From assembly GCA_025201805.1 (NCBI GenBank), contig MU619251.1, positions 300,075 through 364,074 on the forward strand: a stretch of DNA of 64,000 bases, written 5' to 3'. Position 1 is the stretch's first letter. Each line of letters opens with the position of its first letter. A model generated the notes under the pieces. The model saw only the letters and a program-made list of their open reading frames with translations. It searched no databases and was not told where the DNA came from. A program made the position numbers and the translations under genes. Of this stretch, positions 12,133 to 26,198 are shown piece by piece. This DNA comes from Parasitella parasitica NRRL 2501 (lineage: Eukaryota > Fungi > Mucoromycota).

Positions 12133-13284
12133 ATGCTTACGAACTACCAGCAACAGCAACATACATACACTACAATGGATCCAAGTGCGCTGTTCAATTA
12201 CCCATTGGATGATTCAATTGATTCGTTGCTTCTCAATGAGGCTCTCCAGCAGCCAGCAAGCTATGACCATCTAGTAAATCCCAACAGCCTCCCCACAGAT
12301 CTCTATTTGACAAACTACAATCCCCACACAATATCAAACAACGCTGCTATGTTGACTACAAACAGTACATATCTACGCCCTTCCTCTTCTGTCTCCTCCA
12401 ATATGCACCCTCTTCAGATCTTACAACCGCATCAGCAACAACAACAGGACGACTATAGCAACTCTCCGTCAATAGACACTTTATTATTCAAGGATACTAC
12501 TTCGTTAGACTATTTGGGTTTTGACATACATGTGATGCCCAGTGTGTTCGATTCAGGCGAGTCTCGCTTTAGCGAATCCAATCGTGACGAAGAAGAAGAG
12601 GAGGAGCAACTACTTTCTCCAGTGCAATCCCCTCATTTGGATGACATTTTTGGCATATCTCACAGCCCAGAACCTGAAGTTTCTAGCCAAAAAATTGAAT
12701 CTCAATCCATCACTGCATTATCAAACATCTCAGGTCGAGATGAAACTGATGAAGAACTCGAAACTAATGAAACTCTAGACGATTTCTTTTTTGAACTGGA
12801 TTATGAGGATGATGATGAGGATGATAAGGGTGATGAGGAAGATGAAGAAGACGAGGGTGATGAGGATTCCGACTCTGATTGGGAGACGCATACCAATTCC
12901 AAAAGAACGGCTTCACTGCCGTCCTCAGCGTGTGCCAAGAAAAAGTCTAGAAATAGCAAGTCTAATAACAAATCCGTGTCACTTTCATCGACAACATCGC
13001 CTATAAACACAGCAGAAAATACATGTTCCAATTGTGGAACGACAAATACGCCCTTATGGCGTCGCAACTTGGACGGAACCCCACTTTGTAACGCATGTGG
13101 GCTTTTCCTGAAACTACATGGCAAGGTTCGACCATTGAGCTTGAAAACTGATGTCATTAAGAAGAGAAACAGATCTCCTACTGGCAGCAATATACGCCGC
13201 CGCAGCGGTGGTACTAGTATTAGCAAGAGAAAGAAAAAAACTGCTACTTCTGGACACAAAAAAAATAGTAAAAGAAAGAGTTAA
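12133..13284 (+). CDS. GATA zinc-finger transcription factor, AreA/NIT2/Gln3-type finger, intronless
   Basis: [50 protein letters not shown]; acidic tract; basic C-terminal tail. Confidence 0.92.
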   Translation: MLTNYQQQQHTYTTMDPSALFNYPLDDSIDSLLLNEALQQPASYDHLVNPNSLPTDLYLTNYNPHTISNNAAMLTTNSTYLRPSSSVSSNMHPLQILQPHQQQQQDDYSNSPSIDTLLFKDTTSLDYLGFDIHVMPSVFDSGESRFSESNRDEEEEEEQLLSPVQSPHLDDIFGISHSPEPEVSSQKIESQSITALSNISGRDETDEELETNETLDDFFFELDYEDDDEDDKGDEEDEEDEGDEDSDSDWETHTNSKRTASLPSSACAKKKSRNSKSNNKSVSLSSTTSPINTAENTCSNCGTTNTPLWRRNLDGTPLCNACGLFLKLHGKVRPLSLKTDVIKKRNRSPTGSNIRRRSGGTSISKRKKKTATSGHKKNSKRKS

Positions 13285-16200
13285 TCAAGGGGTCTTGCCA
13301 CGGATGAATACGGAAATTAAACGTTAAAGACATTACTATACATTATAATGCACATTTTTCGCATCTTACTTTACATTATATACACCAACTGACAAACATT
13401 ATGGAAAAATCGTCTCTCCAAATAAATGGTGTGTCGACTACCTTTTCTGACACGAATTAGTCTTTTAAATAAATTCAAGAGAAAACTAGCTGATTCCTTT
13501 GTAAACTGTAGCCTCCATGTCAAGGAAACAAGCCAAGAAACAACAAGGACGTGCTTTGAAATGAGATCTCATTTAGTGAAATCTAGACACCCGTTCGAAA
13601 TTATGCGTTTTATTTATGCAAAGTCAGTTAGTCTTAAGCCTAAAAAATTTATAAGAATAGCCTTATTAAACTGTTCTATTAATATAGCTTAAAGATAATC
13701 TTGATAAAATTTATGCTATGGTATAATCACCAGAGCATGTTTTTTGACAAGCGGTAGAACCAACGCATGAATCCTGATTCATGATTCATGATTCATGGAT
13801 TGCCCTCTATTCTTTTGAGGTAGAAGCTACATAATTGTTCCAGCCCTCCTGTTGGCGTATTATTATGAATACTCCAGTTGTGTGTACAGAAAATGAAAGA
13901 AACTGGTGTTACTCAAATGACCTTATCGATAATCATTCCGTCTTTAAACTCAGCACGTGTGTATTTCACAGCAAAGGAGCACGCTCAAGACGCAATCAAT
14001 ACGCTTTCAATAATCTCTTTCAATCTGATTACCTATCAATAGGATTTTGACATGTCAAATATTTACACTCGTTCTTGGTTGTTGAATTTTGGTTTACCAA
14101 GCATGCGGTGGCGCGTATGTATTCAGAATTGTACTTTTTTCAAGACTTCTATACGGAACAACTTAAGAAGAGTCATATATCTCTACACCTAGTTAGCCCA
14201 AGACTTGGATGGTTTAATAAATTTCTAAGCTCTATTTTATCAATAGCAGAAATTAAATGTTTATAATGTTATATGTCATGTATGTATGAAAACAGTATGA
14301 ATTCCAAGAGAAAAACATTATATAGTGTTTAATACAAGAATCGAAATATTCTTGATAGGAGCAGGACCATCAGAGCCCTGACAAATTACCAATACTTATG
14401 TAGTACCAATCACCTTCTGAATTCACAATACTATGCAAAACCTATATATATGCCTACCACCTGATCTTTCTCTTAAGAGTATACCATGAATATATAAACT
14501 AAATTTTTAACATTTTGCTCGCCAATCAAAGATATTCAATATACGCCTATATATACATACAGATATGATTTAATTTCTCTCAATGAATGTGTGCAGAAAT
14601 ATTAAATGATTGTTTCTGTAGACAGATGCTAACTGACTAGTGTTGTGCAATCAATTATTTCCTTTGATTTTTAAATTTGGTTACTCAAAATAATAGCTAT
14701 CAGACACAACAAGAATACATAATTAACAGTTAGATATCAGAATTATCAATCATTCTGTTGTGTCAGCAAGTCAACATTACGAGATGTGAATGACTGGTAG
14801 ACTTTCACTTTTCATATTTAAACTAGTAATGCGCATTTTAAGATGCTAAGAAGGAAGCATTGACTACATGAATTATGCATTATCATTAATTTATGAGCGA
14901 AGAATGGACAACTTGTGCTTCACATTAAATAAACATTTATTGCTGCCTTCACAGAGCTTGACTTATTCACTTAATTTACTGCGTCTAGTAACTCGATGAA
15001 TTAATATATAGTTCTGACAAAGACTAGACAAAATTTCTCTTGCATTAACCTCATTACGAAGAGTTATCTGTCTCTTTTTTTTTTTTTTGTCATTTTTAAT
15101 CAAAGCGTTGCCAAACAATTTTACTTTATTACGGATAGACATCTTACGGTTACATCTTATCATCCTGTACTTGTACAAAAATCTTTATGTTGCTAGGGTT
15201 AGCATTATGTAACTCAAAATAAACGGTTTGATCTCTTAAGGCTTGCAAAATGTAAATCAGGATCGCTCATGATTTGCCTCAAGTACTAATATCAGCTAAA
15301 CTTGGTACATTACATTTTTCACTGAATAGACTTAATCCAGATCTAGGCTTCTAATTATACTCCATCAGGTTTTAGAGCAGTATAGCCAGGACGGCCTCCG
15401 GTTTTATATTTCGGGGGCTTCTGATATGCCGCAAGTTCCTATGTATACTCGTTCTATGTAATTTTGGGTCTGAGGGATCGTGAAAAAGCCTAAAAGTGCT
15501 TTCGATTTATAGAACGTTTACCATTATACACATGCTCCAGAAGTAATAAATTTTGTTGACTTTAATTGTTGTTTGTGAACCTTTCATCGTTTTTTTTTTC
15601 TTGCAAAAAGAATCCCACACCATCACAAGGTGTGTCTTGACCCTTGAAATTTCTCAGGGAAGCTTGTAACACCCTACTTGCGTGCAAACCCTGTAATGAA
15701 ACAGGTTCATAAACCTTCCGTTTTTACGTAACGGGTACAGGACACGCAATAATCTTACCTAAGTACTCTTAGATCGAAAATATGGGAAATTCAGAACGTG
15801 GTGGCAAATAAGTTCCCATTCATCAAAAAGCTAGATTATATGATGGCAGCACTTTGATGGTAAAAATGTAAATGTATTATCAGACAGGCAGAAAAATATG
15901 TGGTCAGCCATGTAATGGCATCTATTTTTCAGGCCACTTCAGCACATCAAAAGTGCAGCTGTTTTGTCCATAATGAAAAAAGGGTTTTAAGGGTATTAAT
16001 TAAGCGTTCTCTGATCATGTTTTGGGTGGCTACAATTAATAATAATAACTATTAAATTACACAAGCCGTAAAAAAGGAAGAGGAAAGCATGCCAAATGAG
16101 AAAAGATTGGTTTCTCAATATTTCGAGTGGAAATTGTGCCACTTGCGACAATGAAATTACGAATGCAAACAATGAACTATATTATTTTTTTTAAAAAATA

Positions 16201-16428
16201 AAATAAAATAAGATACCGAAATCTGACACTTTATGAAGACAGTAAAAAAGATGGTGCTCTCTATATACCAAGATCATTCCTGACTATCGACAGCACCTTC
16301 TATAAGAAGGCTGTAAAATCCATGAGAAAAAGTTTAGTCATTACGTTTTGCTAGGCTTTTTTTGAATATTCCCGGCTCAGTTATTATTATTCTACTTTTT
16401 TGTTTCTACACAAAAAAAAGAAAGCAGC

Positions 16429-17094
16429 ATGTCCGAACCCATTACCTTGGTAGGTGCACCATTTTCCACCTTTACTCGTACTATGCGCATGGCTTTGCGC
16501 CATTTGAAGGTGGAACACAATTTGAAAGTAACTACACCACACTCAAAGGTTGCTTACAACTACAATCCATTTGGACGTATTCCTTCCTTGATACACAACG
16601 ATAAAGTCATTTTTGAAACCTCGGCTATCCGTGATTACATTGATAGTATATTTAGCAATGCACTTACACCTCAGGATTTGGATACAAGACTCAAAATGGA
16701 CCAACTCGTCAGTGTGCTATGTGATTACATCTTCCATCACGTTGTTTTTGGTGTCGCTAAACCTCGTGCGAATTATGAATCGCAGGGAAAGGCCGAGTCT
16801 GAAATTGCTGAACTATTAAAGGCCCCATTGAAGTACGCAGGCAAGATTATTGGTGCAGTTGACGGCATGGTCGATAAGGATGGACCCTTTTTGTGCGGCA
16901 ATAAACTAACCTGGGCCGATTACTTTGTGTATCCTGCCATTGCTGATCTATTCTCGTTGCCCGAAGCTAAATTCTTCAGAGAGAAGGCACCTACATTGGC
17001 TGCATGGTACGATCGTTTCAAGGAACGCGAGGAGGTGATTTACACTTACCCTGACACTGTTGCTGATGTAAGAAACAAGAAATCAAACTTGTAA
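16429..17094 (+). CDS. Glutathione S-transferase
   Basis: APFSTFTR; YNPFGRIPSLIHNDKVIFETSAIRDYID; FLCGNKLTWAD. Confidence 0.9.
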   Translation: MSEPITLVGAPFSTFTRTMRMALRHLKVEHNLKVTTPHSKVAYNYNPFGRIPSLIHNDKVIFETSAIRDYIDSIFSNALTPQDLDTRLKMDQLVSVLCDYIFHHVVFGVAKPRANYESQGKAESEIAELLKAPLKYAGKIIGAVDGMVDKDGPFLCGNKLTWADYFVYPAIADLFSLPEAKFFREKAPTLAAWYDRFKEREEVIYTYPDTVADVRNKKSNL

Positions 17095-17301
17095 AACCCT
17101 GAGCATTATTAGGTTTTTTGTAAGACAAACTAATTATTGATGATAAAGGGTCAAATTATATAATACTTTGTGTTTGTGAGATGGACATTCCTTTATAAAA
17201 TGATTTTGTAACATTAGTTTTTTTTGATATAAATAAACAATGCATTGTTTATCTGTTTCTCCTGTTTCTTCATCAAAAATTTACCTTCGTTTTTATTACA
17301 A

Positions 17302-19053
17302 ATGCAATTATTGTCAATTATTGCTGCTTGTGCTTTAGTTTCTGCAGGCATTGAAGCCAAAACTTTCCTGTTCCCCATTCCTCAAGAGGTTGCTTGGTCT
17401 GGCACTTCCACAGTCCTCTCTAGTAGCTTCAAGATCTCTGGTGCTGAGAATACTCATGTGAAGAAGGCTGCTGACCGCTATTTGTCTTTGATCAAAAAGG
17501 AGAGATGGGTTCCTGTTCAAGTTTCCACAGACAAAACCGCTGTCAAGGCCAGCAAGAATCAATTGAAGGGGCTGAACATCAAAGTCAAAAACAACAAAAT
17601 TAAACTCGATATTGATGTCGACGAATCTTATAAGCTGGATGTCCCTGCTCAAGGAGGTTATGCTACTCTTACTGCTCCTACTTGGGTTGGTGCTCTTCGT
17701 GCTCTTGAAACCTTTTCTCAATTGATTGTTGCTGATGACAAAGATCTAATCGCTCACACTGCCACAATCAATGATAAACCTACGTATGGTCATCGTGGCA
17801 TTTTGTTGGACACCTCTCGTAACTACTATCCCGTCAAGGACATATTGCGGGTTATTGAGGCTCAAGCTTACAACAAGATGAATGTTTTGCACTGGCATGC
17901 TACTGATTCTCAATCATGGCCCTTGTACTTCAAATCTCATCCTGAGCTCTCTGAAAAGGGTGCTTATTCTAGCAAGGAAGTGTACACTCCCGCCGATGTC
18001 AAGACAATTTTGTCTTTTGCCGAAGAGCGTGGTGTTCGTGTTATTTTGGAGATAGATATGCCTGCTCATACTGCCACCATTGGTGAATCTCATCCTGATT
18101 ACTTGATTTGTGCAGATGAATTCTGGGCTGCTTACAGCGCTGAGCCTCCAGCCGGTATGCCTCATGCTTATCCAGGCATATATTATATTCTCTAACATTC
18201 TTATATAGGTCAATTAAATCCTCTCAATGACAAAGCTTTCAGTCTTGTCAAAGACATTATAATGGAAGCTACCGATATTTTCCCTGACACTCTTTACCAC
18301 ACTGGCGGTGACGAAATCAACACTGACTGTTGGGATTTGGATGCCGGAATCAAAGCATACACTAGCAAACACAGTATGAGCACTAAAGAAATTTGGTTTG
18401 AATGGACCAACAAGTTGCTGTCCTTTGTTAATACGAAGACAAAGAAGCGTCCAATTATGTGGGAAGACCCAGTCAAAGATGGTGGAAGCTACCCTAAAAA
18501 CACTGTTATCCAATCCTGGCTTGCTCCTCCTTCAAATTACACTGCTATCGGCCATGATGTGATTGTTTCCAACTACGATTATTTCTACCTGGATTGTGGC
18601 CACGGTGGTTGGGTAGGTAACGATAACCGTTACATTAGTCCCACTCAGGTTGAAACTGCCTCTGATTTATTCAATTATGGCGGCGTTGGTGGCTCTTGGT
18701 GTGCTCCTTTCAAGACATGGCAACGTATTTACAGTTATGATATGACCTATGGTGTTGAAAAATCTCACAAGGGTAAGATCTTGGGTGGTGAGGCTGCCAT
18801 GTGGGCCGAACAGACCGGTCCTACAGTCATTGATGGTCGCCTCTGGCCTCGCGCTGCTGCTGCCTCTGAGATTTACTGGTCTGGTTCGTATGACAGCAAG
18901 GGAACTAGACGTACCGTCAAGGCTGCCTCTGAGCGTTTCTATGATTGGGTCTTCCGTCTTCAAGCTCGTGGTATTGATGCCGAACCCGTTCAACCAAAAT
19001 ACTGTGCACGCCATCCTGGTGCTTGCGATCTCAATGATCCCAATGCCAAATAA
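17302..19053 (+). CDS. Secreted beta-N-acetylhexosaminidase (GH20); intron 18155-18208
   Basis: Signal peptide MQLLSIIAACALVSAGIEA; HRGILLDTSRNY, NKMNVLHWH, EIDMPAH, catalytic HTGGDE, YLDCG, GGEAAMWAE, LWPRAAA. Confidence 0.95.
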
Positions 19054-19156
19054 GCCAACTAATTTACTTCCAACAACTAATGATAAACACATGCAATAAA
19101 CTCGACTTTTAATGAATTATTAATTACATTTTACTTGTCAATAAAATAATTGTATA

Positions 19157-20132
19157 TTAATTTTTTTCTTTCTCTTTGTCTGCCTCGCCTTCTTTTTCTT
19201 CTTCTGTCTTTACCTCTTCTTTCTTGTATTTTATATAGTCTTTTTGTTGATGTCTTGTATTAAATCTAGCGGATTTTCTTGATTGATATGAATTTTGGAT
19301 CAAGTTGTAAAAAAATTTGTAATAATACAACAAATTATCATATTGTCCACTATAAGGCGCCTCAAATGTTTCTCCAAATTCTCGATATAAATAATAGGTA
19401 GCTTCAATAGTTGCCAAGTGTTCGTTAGTTACATTTTGAAAGCGCCAGAAATATGTTTTGCGAGGTGCAACCGTTACTTGTTGCATTTTGTTTAAAATAG
19501 GTGTATTCTTGGTGATTTGTTTAGCTTGAGCCCATGTTCCATCAATGACAACAATTTTATCGAATGATTCTCTGGGTAAATCAGTGAATTTTTTGGCATT
19601 CTAAGCAATGTTGGTATATAAAGCAAGAGTTTAACGTGTGGAAAAGCTTACTGGTCCTGGAAATAAAAGCAATGTTCGCTCTGGATTTTCAAAAGCAGGT
19701 ATTTGAGGCCATGTATGAACCTCAACATCATCTGGTGCAATGATACGAGCATGAATAGCTGTCGATTTACCATCAAGTTCTTTATGATGCTTTATCCTAT
19801 TTGGTAGTCGAATAAATCAAGTATCTAAACATACCAGATACACATTAAAAACTTACACATCCAAATGTACAGGAAGCTTAACAGATGGGATACTCGATCT
19901 TTCCATGCCAACTACTTTATAGCATATATAACAGAAATATTTGACAGTTTTCTTGCAAGTTGGACATGCTGTACGCTGTTCAATGTCTTTCAATACTTGA
20001 TCGTCTGCTATTTTCAACTCATCAAAAGGGCCATAAAATGTTTGATCTAAATCCCTTTTCTTGCTGCCTTCTGTCTGCTTTTAGTCCTCAGACTATGGCT
20101 AATTGTTTCTTCACCATACCTTCTTGAGTCAT
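19157..20132 (-). CDS. DTWD1: DTW-domain tRNA-uridine aminocarboxypropyltransferase (DTWD1-like), spliced
   Basis: CPTCKKTVKYFCYIC; KHHKELDGKSTAIHA; LLFPGP; VIDGTWAQAK; TYFWRFQ; LATIEATYY; YDNLLYYY. Confidence 0.85.
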
Positions 20133-20518
20133 TAATATTGTTGAAAAAAAAAGGATGCTTTTGCGTGGCTTAAATTCACAATGCTTATATGGTTTAAATG
20201 ATGAATCGAGCGGATTATTTCTCATATATAAAAGAATACAAAACATCATTAATTTTAATATCAGTAATTTTTTTTTTAAAAAATAAAACTGTCTTTGCAC
20301 TTAACTTTTGATAGACACATGGCTTTATATAATACCGTACTGTGCACTCTAGGTATGTGAGCATCAGCACTTAGCCAAGCAAATATGTCGGAGTATAAAG
20401 CGGAGCATAAACTACGAGCGATATATTTCTACCAATCAAATTGCTTTTAAGAAAAGACTTGATTTTTTCTCTTATTTTTGACGTTTCTAAACAACCCCTA
20501 CACTATTGAATGAATCAA

Positions 20519-21225
20519 ATGGCATTTCGAATTTTGACTAAACCTATAGGTTTAGCACATAGACCAGCATTGAAGATCACACCCTTAATATTAAGATCTT
20601 CTTATTCAGCAGGTAAAAAGGGATATACTACACTACAATTTTGATTTTTAAATTATGTTCAAGTAGCTTCTGCAAATAACAACAAGGCCATCAAACCAAC
20701 AGAAACCGACAGCGCTTCCAAGCCAGTTACCCCTTCAGATACACTAACGACTGAAAAAGACGATATTGTTAAATCAGATAAGGGTAAGATTGCGTGTATT
20801 GAGGTGTCAGAATCAGGGGTTGAAGCTGAAGTTTAGAAGTAGCTGAGGCGCTGCAAGAAGATGGCGAAAAGAAGAAAAAGGTTAAAGTAGAGGAGCCTGA
20901 GGAAGGATACGCCTATGGAGCCCATCATTGGAACATGGAGCGTGGATCAGCTATTGCATTAATTCCAATCCTCAGTACACAGCTCATTTATGGTGCACAC
21001 CCAATTGCAGATGGTTTATTAGGTGTTGTCTTGCCTTATCATATTTATATGGGTTTTGATTCCTGCATTACAGATTACATTCCTAAGCGTGTTTATCCTA
21101 GACTTCATAAATTGGCTAATTGGACTTTAGCAGGCTCAACAGGCTTAGTCATGTGGGGATGTTATGAATTCAATACAAATGACATTGGTATCACTGAATT
21201 CCTTCAAAGATTGTTTGCTGCTTGA
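20519..21225 (+). CDS. SDH4: Succinate dehydrogenase cytochrome b small subunit (CybS; Sdh4/Tim18 family), spliced
   Basis: Mitochondrial presequence MAFRILTKPIGLAHRP; GAHHWNMER; HIYMGFDSCITDY; YEFNTNDIGITE. Confidence 0.85.
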
Positions 21226-21631
21226 TAATCCTTAATAACTACGATAAATAAATCACCGCTATAGACATAGTTTCAAGAAGCCCGAGGCCGAAATTTATCC
21301 GTCATTTCCATCGATTATGAATGATGATTGTGAAGTGGCGTTGTTAATCTCAAGTAAATGACCTTAACACTAGCTTATGCTAGAGGCAATATCAATTTTT
21401 GTCATAGGAATAGCATTGGATAATCGATCCATATTGCTATGTATTGTTATGCTGGAGTTTTAGAAGCTAGGCATTACATGATGATTATGATTCATAAGAA
21501 CCATTTTTCGGTAAAGATCGCTATGATATCGTGACGTTTTGTGCGGGGGGATAAGTGGGGTACAGGAACAGCCATTTAAAGAGAAAGACGTGAAAATTAT
21601 AGAGGTTCTTCTCTTTCTTGTATCACTTAGT

Positions 21632-21997
21632 ATGTCCCATCATCCTTGTTATACTTTGGCTGGCTTGTGCGCTGTTGGGTAAGTCTTATTATATTCAAAA
21701 CATAGCATTCTTACATTTAAGTGGGTGTATAGTGGTGTCGCTGGATTTGCTAAAACTCGCTCAGTTCCTTCTTTGGTTGCTGGCCTCGGTGTTGGTGCTC
21801 TTTACGGTGCTGCTGGTTATATAATTCAACAAAATAAAGATTATGGTCACGAAACTGCTGTTGCTGCCTCAACCTTGTTAGGTGGTGCCATGATTCCTCG
21901 TGCTCTCAAGACCAGGAAACCGGTTCCTATCGCATTATCTGTCATTTCCCTTGCGGCTGGTGGCTATTATGTAAAAAAAGTTATTGAATATAGTTAA
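21632..21997 (+). CDS. TMEM14-family small membrane protein, 1 intron
   Basis: MSHHPCYTLAGLCAV|GGVAGFAKTRSVPSLVAGLGVG...RALKTRKPVP. Confidence 0.85.
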
Positions 21998-22538
21998 ATA
22001 AAATTGCTTTGGAAGATGTAATATCTGATTTTTTGTACCATTTAGTTCAAAATGCATGAGTTGTAACTTGTTTTATTACAAATAGCACTTTTAAAGCGCT
22101 TTTATCGAGCATTGCAACACTAAGAAGTTAAATTGGTATAATGATTGCTTGTTTCGTAGTATTTTGCTGGTAACATCACGTTGCAATAGCTGTCAAAAAG
22201 AGAGCAAGATTTAAATGCCAATATTTTAATAGTTTCGGCTTGAATATCGAGAGACTCTCTTAACCGTAGCATATCTTAAAACATTAAAATTAATACTAAA
22301 CCATTACATATACATATATATATATGTATATCTCATTCATTTGTTAATCCCTCTCATTCAACCTCTGTAAGTTTGCCTTTTTCCAAGCGGTGCAAATACG
22401 GATATCATATACCAAAAAAGGTAACAAACGGAGTTTACATGGTAATCGGAGTTGTAAATGTAAATTCATTTTAACATCTCATCAACCCTTTCATTTCCCT
22501 CTTTAACATATACAGGGTTGTGAGGATAACCATAGACC

Positions 22539-22977
22539 ATGGCAGACAACTCATCACATGAAGACAAGGATGCTAAAGCATTTTTTGAAGAATTTGAAAA
22601 AGAAAAGAAGCATGATTATGAGACATGCAGTGCGTCTCAAGCATTTGATGCCGTATTTCAATGTTATAGTAAGAAAGCTTTTGTAGCTGCTGTCATGAAA
22701 ACTAAAAATTTATATGTCTAGCACTTGGGTCGCAAGCTATTAATTATTATAGGTATGGGGCAAAGAAAGACTGCTCTGGAAAATGGGATGATTTCAAGTT
22801 CTGTCTTAAAACAAAGACCAAATCTTCTGAAATTGCAAATGTAAGCGTCTTGTTTGAACTGTGGATGTAATGCTTAATACGTGGAGTTAGGCTATGATTA
22901 AAGAGCGTCAAGCTGCCAAGGATAATCTGAAAAAAAGAGGGCGTAATTCTGAAGAAGTTTGGGAAGCTAGACAGTAA
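22539..22977 (+). CDS. EMI1/C22orf39 (DUF3128)-like protein, 3 exons
   Basis: CSASQAFDAVFQCY|LGSQAINYYRYGAKKDCSGKWDDFKFCLKTK...RNSEEVWEARQ*. Confidence 0.8.
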
Positions 22978-23261
22978 TCACAATTTGTAATCTATATCCA
23001 AGTTTTGTACATTTTTTTTAGTAAATAGATTCCGAGATTCAACACAATGATGAAGAAGAAACTGCTCACTTTGAATAAATGATAACAGTGGCTTGTTTTT
23101 GATTTTTTTTAGCTTGTAATAAAGAATTCCCTTTTGAGTGCACCCCCCTCGTCTTCCTCAGCTAAGCAAAAGAAATACGCGGATTTCGTTTTTTCTTTTT
23201 CTCTCTCTTCTTATTCACTTTGCTTCATAGAAAAAAAATATATAACAATATATAGCAAAAG

Positions 23262-23740
23262 ATGAAGTTGGTCAGGTAATTTTTAAAGCATGAAAAGGTA
23301 CATCTATTATGGTTTATTTACGACATGAAAACGATCGTTAGATTTTTGATGAAATTGAACAATGAGACAGTCTCTGTCGAGATGAAAAATGGAACAGTCG
23401 TTCATGGCACCATCACAGGAGTTGATATGAGCATGAATACACACTTGAAGACGGTCAAAATGACGGTTAAAAGTAGAGATCCTGTCAGTTTAGATACCTT
23501 GAGTATTCGTGGAAACACAATTCGTTGTGTTATTCTGCCTGATAGTCTGCCGTTAGATACACTCTTAATTGATGATTCACCTAAATCAAAAAAGAAGCAC
23601 GATGGTAATTGGCACTTGTATATCTACTAATGATTTACTAATTTATATTTGCTATAGATGATGGTCATGGTCGTGGTCGTGGAAGAGGCATGTCGCGTGG
23701 ACGTGGTGGACGTGGTGGTAGAGGAAGAGGTGGACGTTAA
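23262..23740 (+). CDS. SMD1: Small nuclear ribonucleoprotein Sm D1, 3 exons
   Basis: MKLVR|[36 protein letters not shown]...[23 protein letters not shown]; RG-repeat tail. Confidence 0.95.
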
Positions 23741-23915
23741 AAGCATGATCAACATGAACCAACATTTGCAGCAACAATTATTAGTCCATCGATATAAATG
23801 TATAAAAAAAAACTTGATAATAAACACACCCAAAGCACTCAAATATTTTACTTATTTTCTGCCACATACATGCTAGAATACCAGCTAACATTGTACGTGA
23901 CAAAAAAGTATTTAT

Positions 23916-24990
23916 TCATTTATGGCCTTGAATACGTTCATGTCTCCTCAGCGCATCTAAGCGAGTAAATTTTTTACCACATGTGCGGCAATAACAAAGC
24001 GGTCGATTTTTCATATGAATGGATTGGTGTCTTGATAGGTCGTAGGATCTACGAAACGCCTGACAGCATGCTTTACCAGTGCCATCGATATATTCACAAA
24101 TAAATTGTGTTTGGTGCGGTACGCTACCTCCTCTTGCGCGTTTTTTGTAAGTGTAGATAGTTGTTGTTGTGGGCGACGAAAAAGGGGATGCAGAAACAGA
24201 TACTGGTGACAGAGGGGGCATATAAATAGGAGCTAACTGTGGGCTGTCAAGCACGTATGATAAAGATGGCAATTTAGTGCTATTGGTAGCAGGAGACCAT
24301 TGGATGGGTGGGGCTGTTATGATATTTGATAGTGTTGGCAGTTTTCTTTTGTTGCATGTAGTTGTATTAAATTTAGTTAAACCTTGTTCAAAGGAGATTC
24401 CTGAATCTTTCCGAATTGCACAAGATGGAGGCGAAGGCAGAGGTGATAATAGCGATTTTAAAGGACTCATTCTTACAACAATTGGCTTTATGATATGGAA
24501 GGGCTCTCGGCCTGGAAATCGAAATGAGTACTTTATGGCATCAGATACACGTATATCCTGGAATGGCTTACCATTCATCTTCATGAGGCTAATATTTAGT
24601 CTGTCTCGTTCGGATATAGATTTGAGCGCATTCTGCAAACCATAATCATCATTAAATTTGAACTTGTAAATGTCATCTCTTTTGATCATCATGTAGTAAT
24701 CATGAGTATTGATTATATTCAGCTTTAGATAAAATAAACATCAGTTTAAAATGTGTACTGACTTGAGCAACAATACCTACCCTTGAATGTTGTTGGATTT
24801 CACGTACCAAGTCAAGATACCGAGGTAATTCATAGCGTTGTACAGAAATATGTAGTAAAAAATCCAATGATGGTAGATCTTCGATTTGAACCCTGTATTT
24901 CAGCGAAATAAGGTTTAATCGTCGATTATCCATGCATACAATTAGACGTGTAGAAAATACTCACCTGAATTGATATATGTTGGCGCTCAT
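23916..24990 (-). CDS. C2H2 zinc-finger transcription factor (two C-terminal fingers), spliced
   Basis: CCQAFRRSYDLSRHQSIH and CRTCGKKFTRLDALRRHERIQGH; exon 1 MSANIYQFR then a GTGAGT donor. Confidence 0.85.
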
Positions 24991-26177
24991 TAGATATAAA
25001 ATGATTTAGGTATAAGAAAGGAAGAAAAGGAAACAACAACAAAAAAAGCAAGATGTAAAGAGGTTCCTTATATATGTTTATATGACAGATAAACAAAAAA
25101 GACCTTCGACATACAATCTACATGTGTTTCTCTTTACTCTACCACACCAAAGAGAAAAGAGAAGAGGGAGTGGCAATAGGAGTACATATCATATCTTTAT
25201 TAAGAAAAATCACAGAAAGAATCGAATAAATAGGGGATAGCTAGATTCTAAATTGATTTGAATATAATACCAAGTGGCTAACGATATGCAAAAACCCTGA
25301 AAACTTCCCTAATATGAAAAACATTCATGTAGATATGTTGTTTCTCTCTCCTCAGTTATATTGGTAAACACATATACATTTCAAGGCGTATACTGTTTTA
25401 ATACATTTTTTACATCGACATCACAAGACGCTTTTACAATACCAAAGAGGAGGATCTTTTCATTGTGGCTGTCATCTGTCATGTATCCTTACCAATGGTT
25501 CAACCAATAGGTTGGAAACTATTGTAATATTTGTAGTTGCGCGCACTTTCCACAATGTTAAATGCCTCCTTTGTGACAATCATATACAGGATGGCTACAA
25601 ATGTAATTACAGAATCCTCGTTTGATGATCAAGAGGTAGATGTAGAACTCTCAAGAAAGTCCCCCAAATCGAACCCCTTTCCCTGAATATAGCAATCATA
25701 AAAAATCTATTTAAAAAACGATTTCTTCATATAACAAGAAATGAAATGAAAGAAGCAAGATCTAATAATAATCCTTCTCTTTCAAGGAAAGCCATGTAAA
25801 GAACAAAAAAAGTTGTTTGCATATCTGTATGAGTTGCATGTTGCACTAATGCACTAGTATAATCTGTAATGTTCAAATTGTTTGAATTTTGCGGCTCACG
25901 TCCCTTTCCATATCTCCTTAGTTCAATACAAACGATTATACCCGCATTATTGGTGTACTGTTGGTGTGTTTGCTTGATCAGGAAATTCAATACATCAATG
26001 AGGAGCAGTGTGGTATATAGGACATGCATTTCAGTGTATGCACACAAAGTGTCCGAAACTTCAGAATCCAACGGTTGGCACACACATACAGTAACGCAGC
26101 GTCTGCAACCATAAGCATCTTTGTATATACCGACTCAATTGACAGTCTATGCATCATCTATATACCAATGTGGATAC

Positions 26178-26198
26178 ATATATATATATATATATATA
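26178..26198 (+). repeat. (TA)n microsatellite
   Basis: atatatatatatatatatat. Confidence 0.85.

Noticed and set aside
15369-15378. GTTTTAGAGC, like the start of a Cas9 CRISPR repeat
   Set aside because: Single 10-mer, no array, eukaryotic context.
13300-16360. Small ORFs and a (GATTCAT)3 repeat in a long intergenic region
   Set aside because: No motifs, signal peptides or splice logic; treated as non-coding.
25660-25690. GGTTCGA (T-loop-like) on the minus strand
   Set aside because: No cloverleaf stems. No tRNA or rRNA was recognised anywhere in the window.
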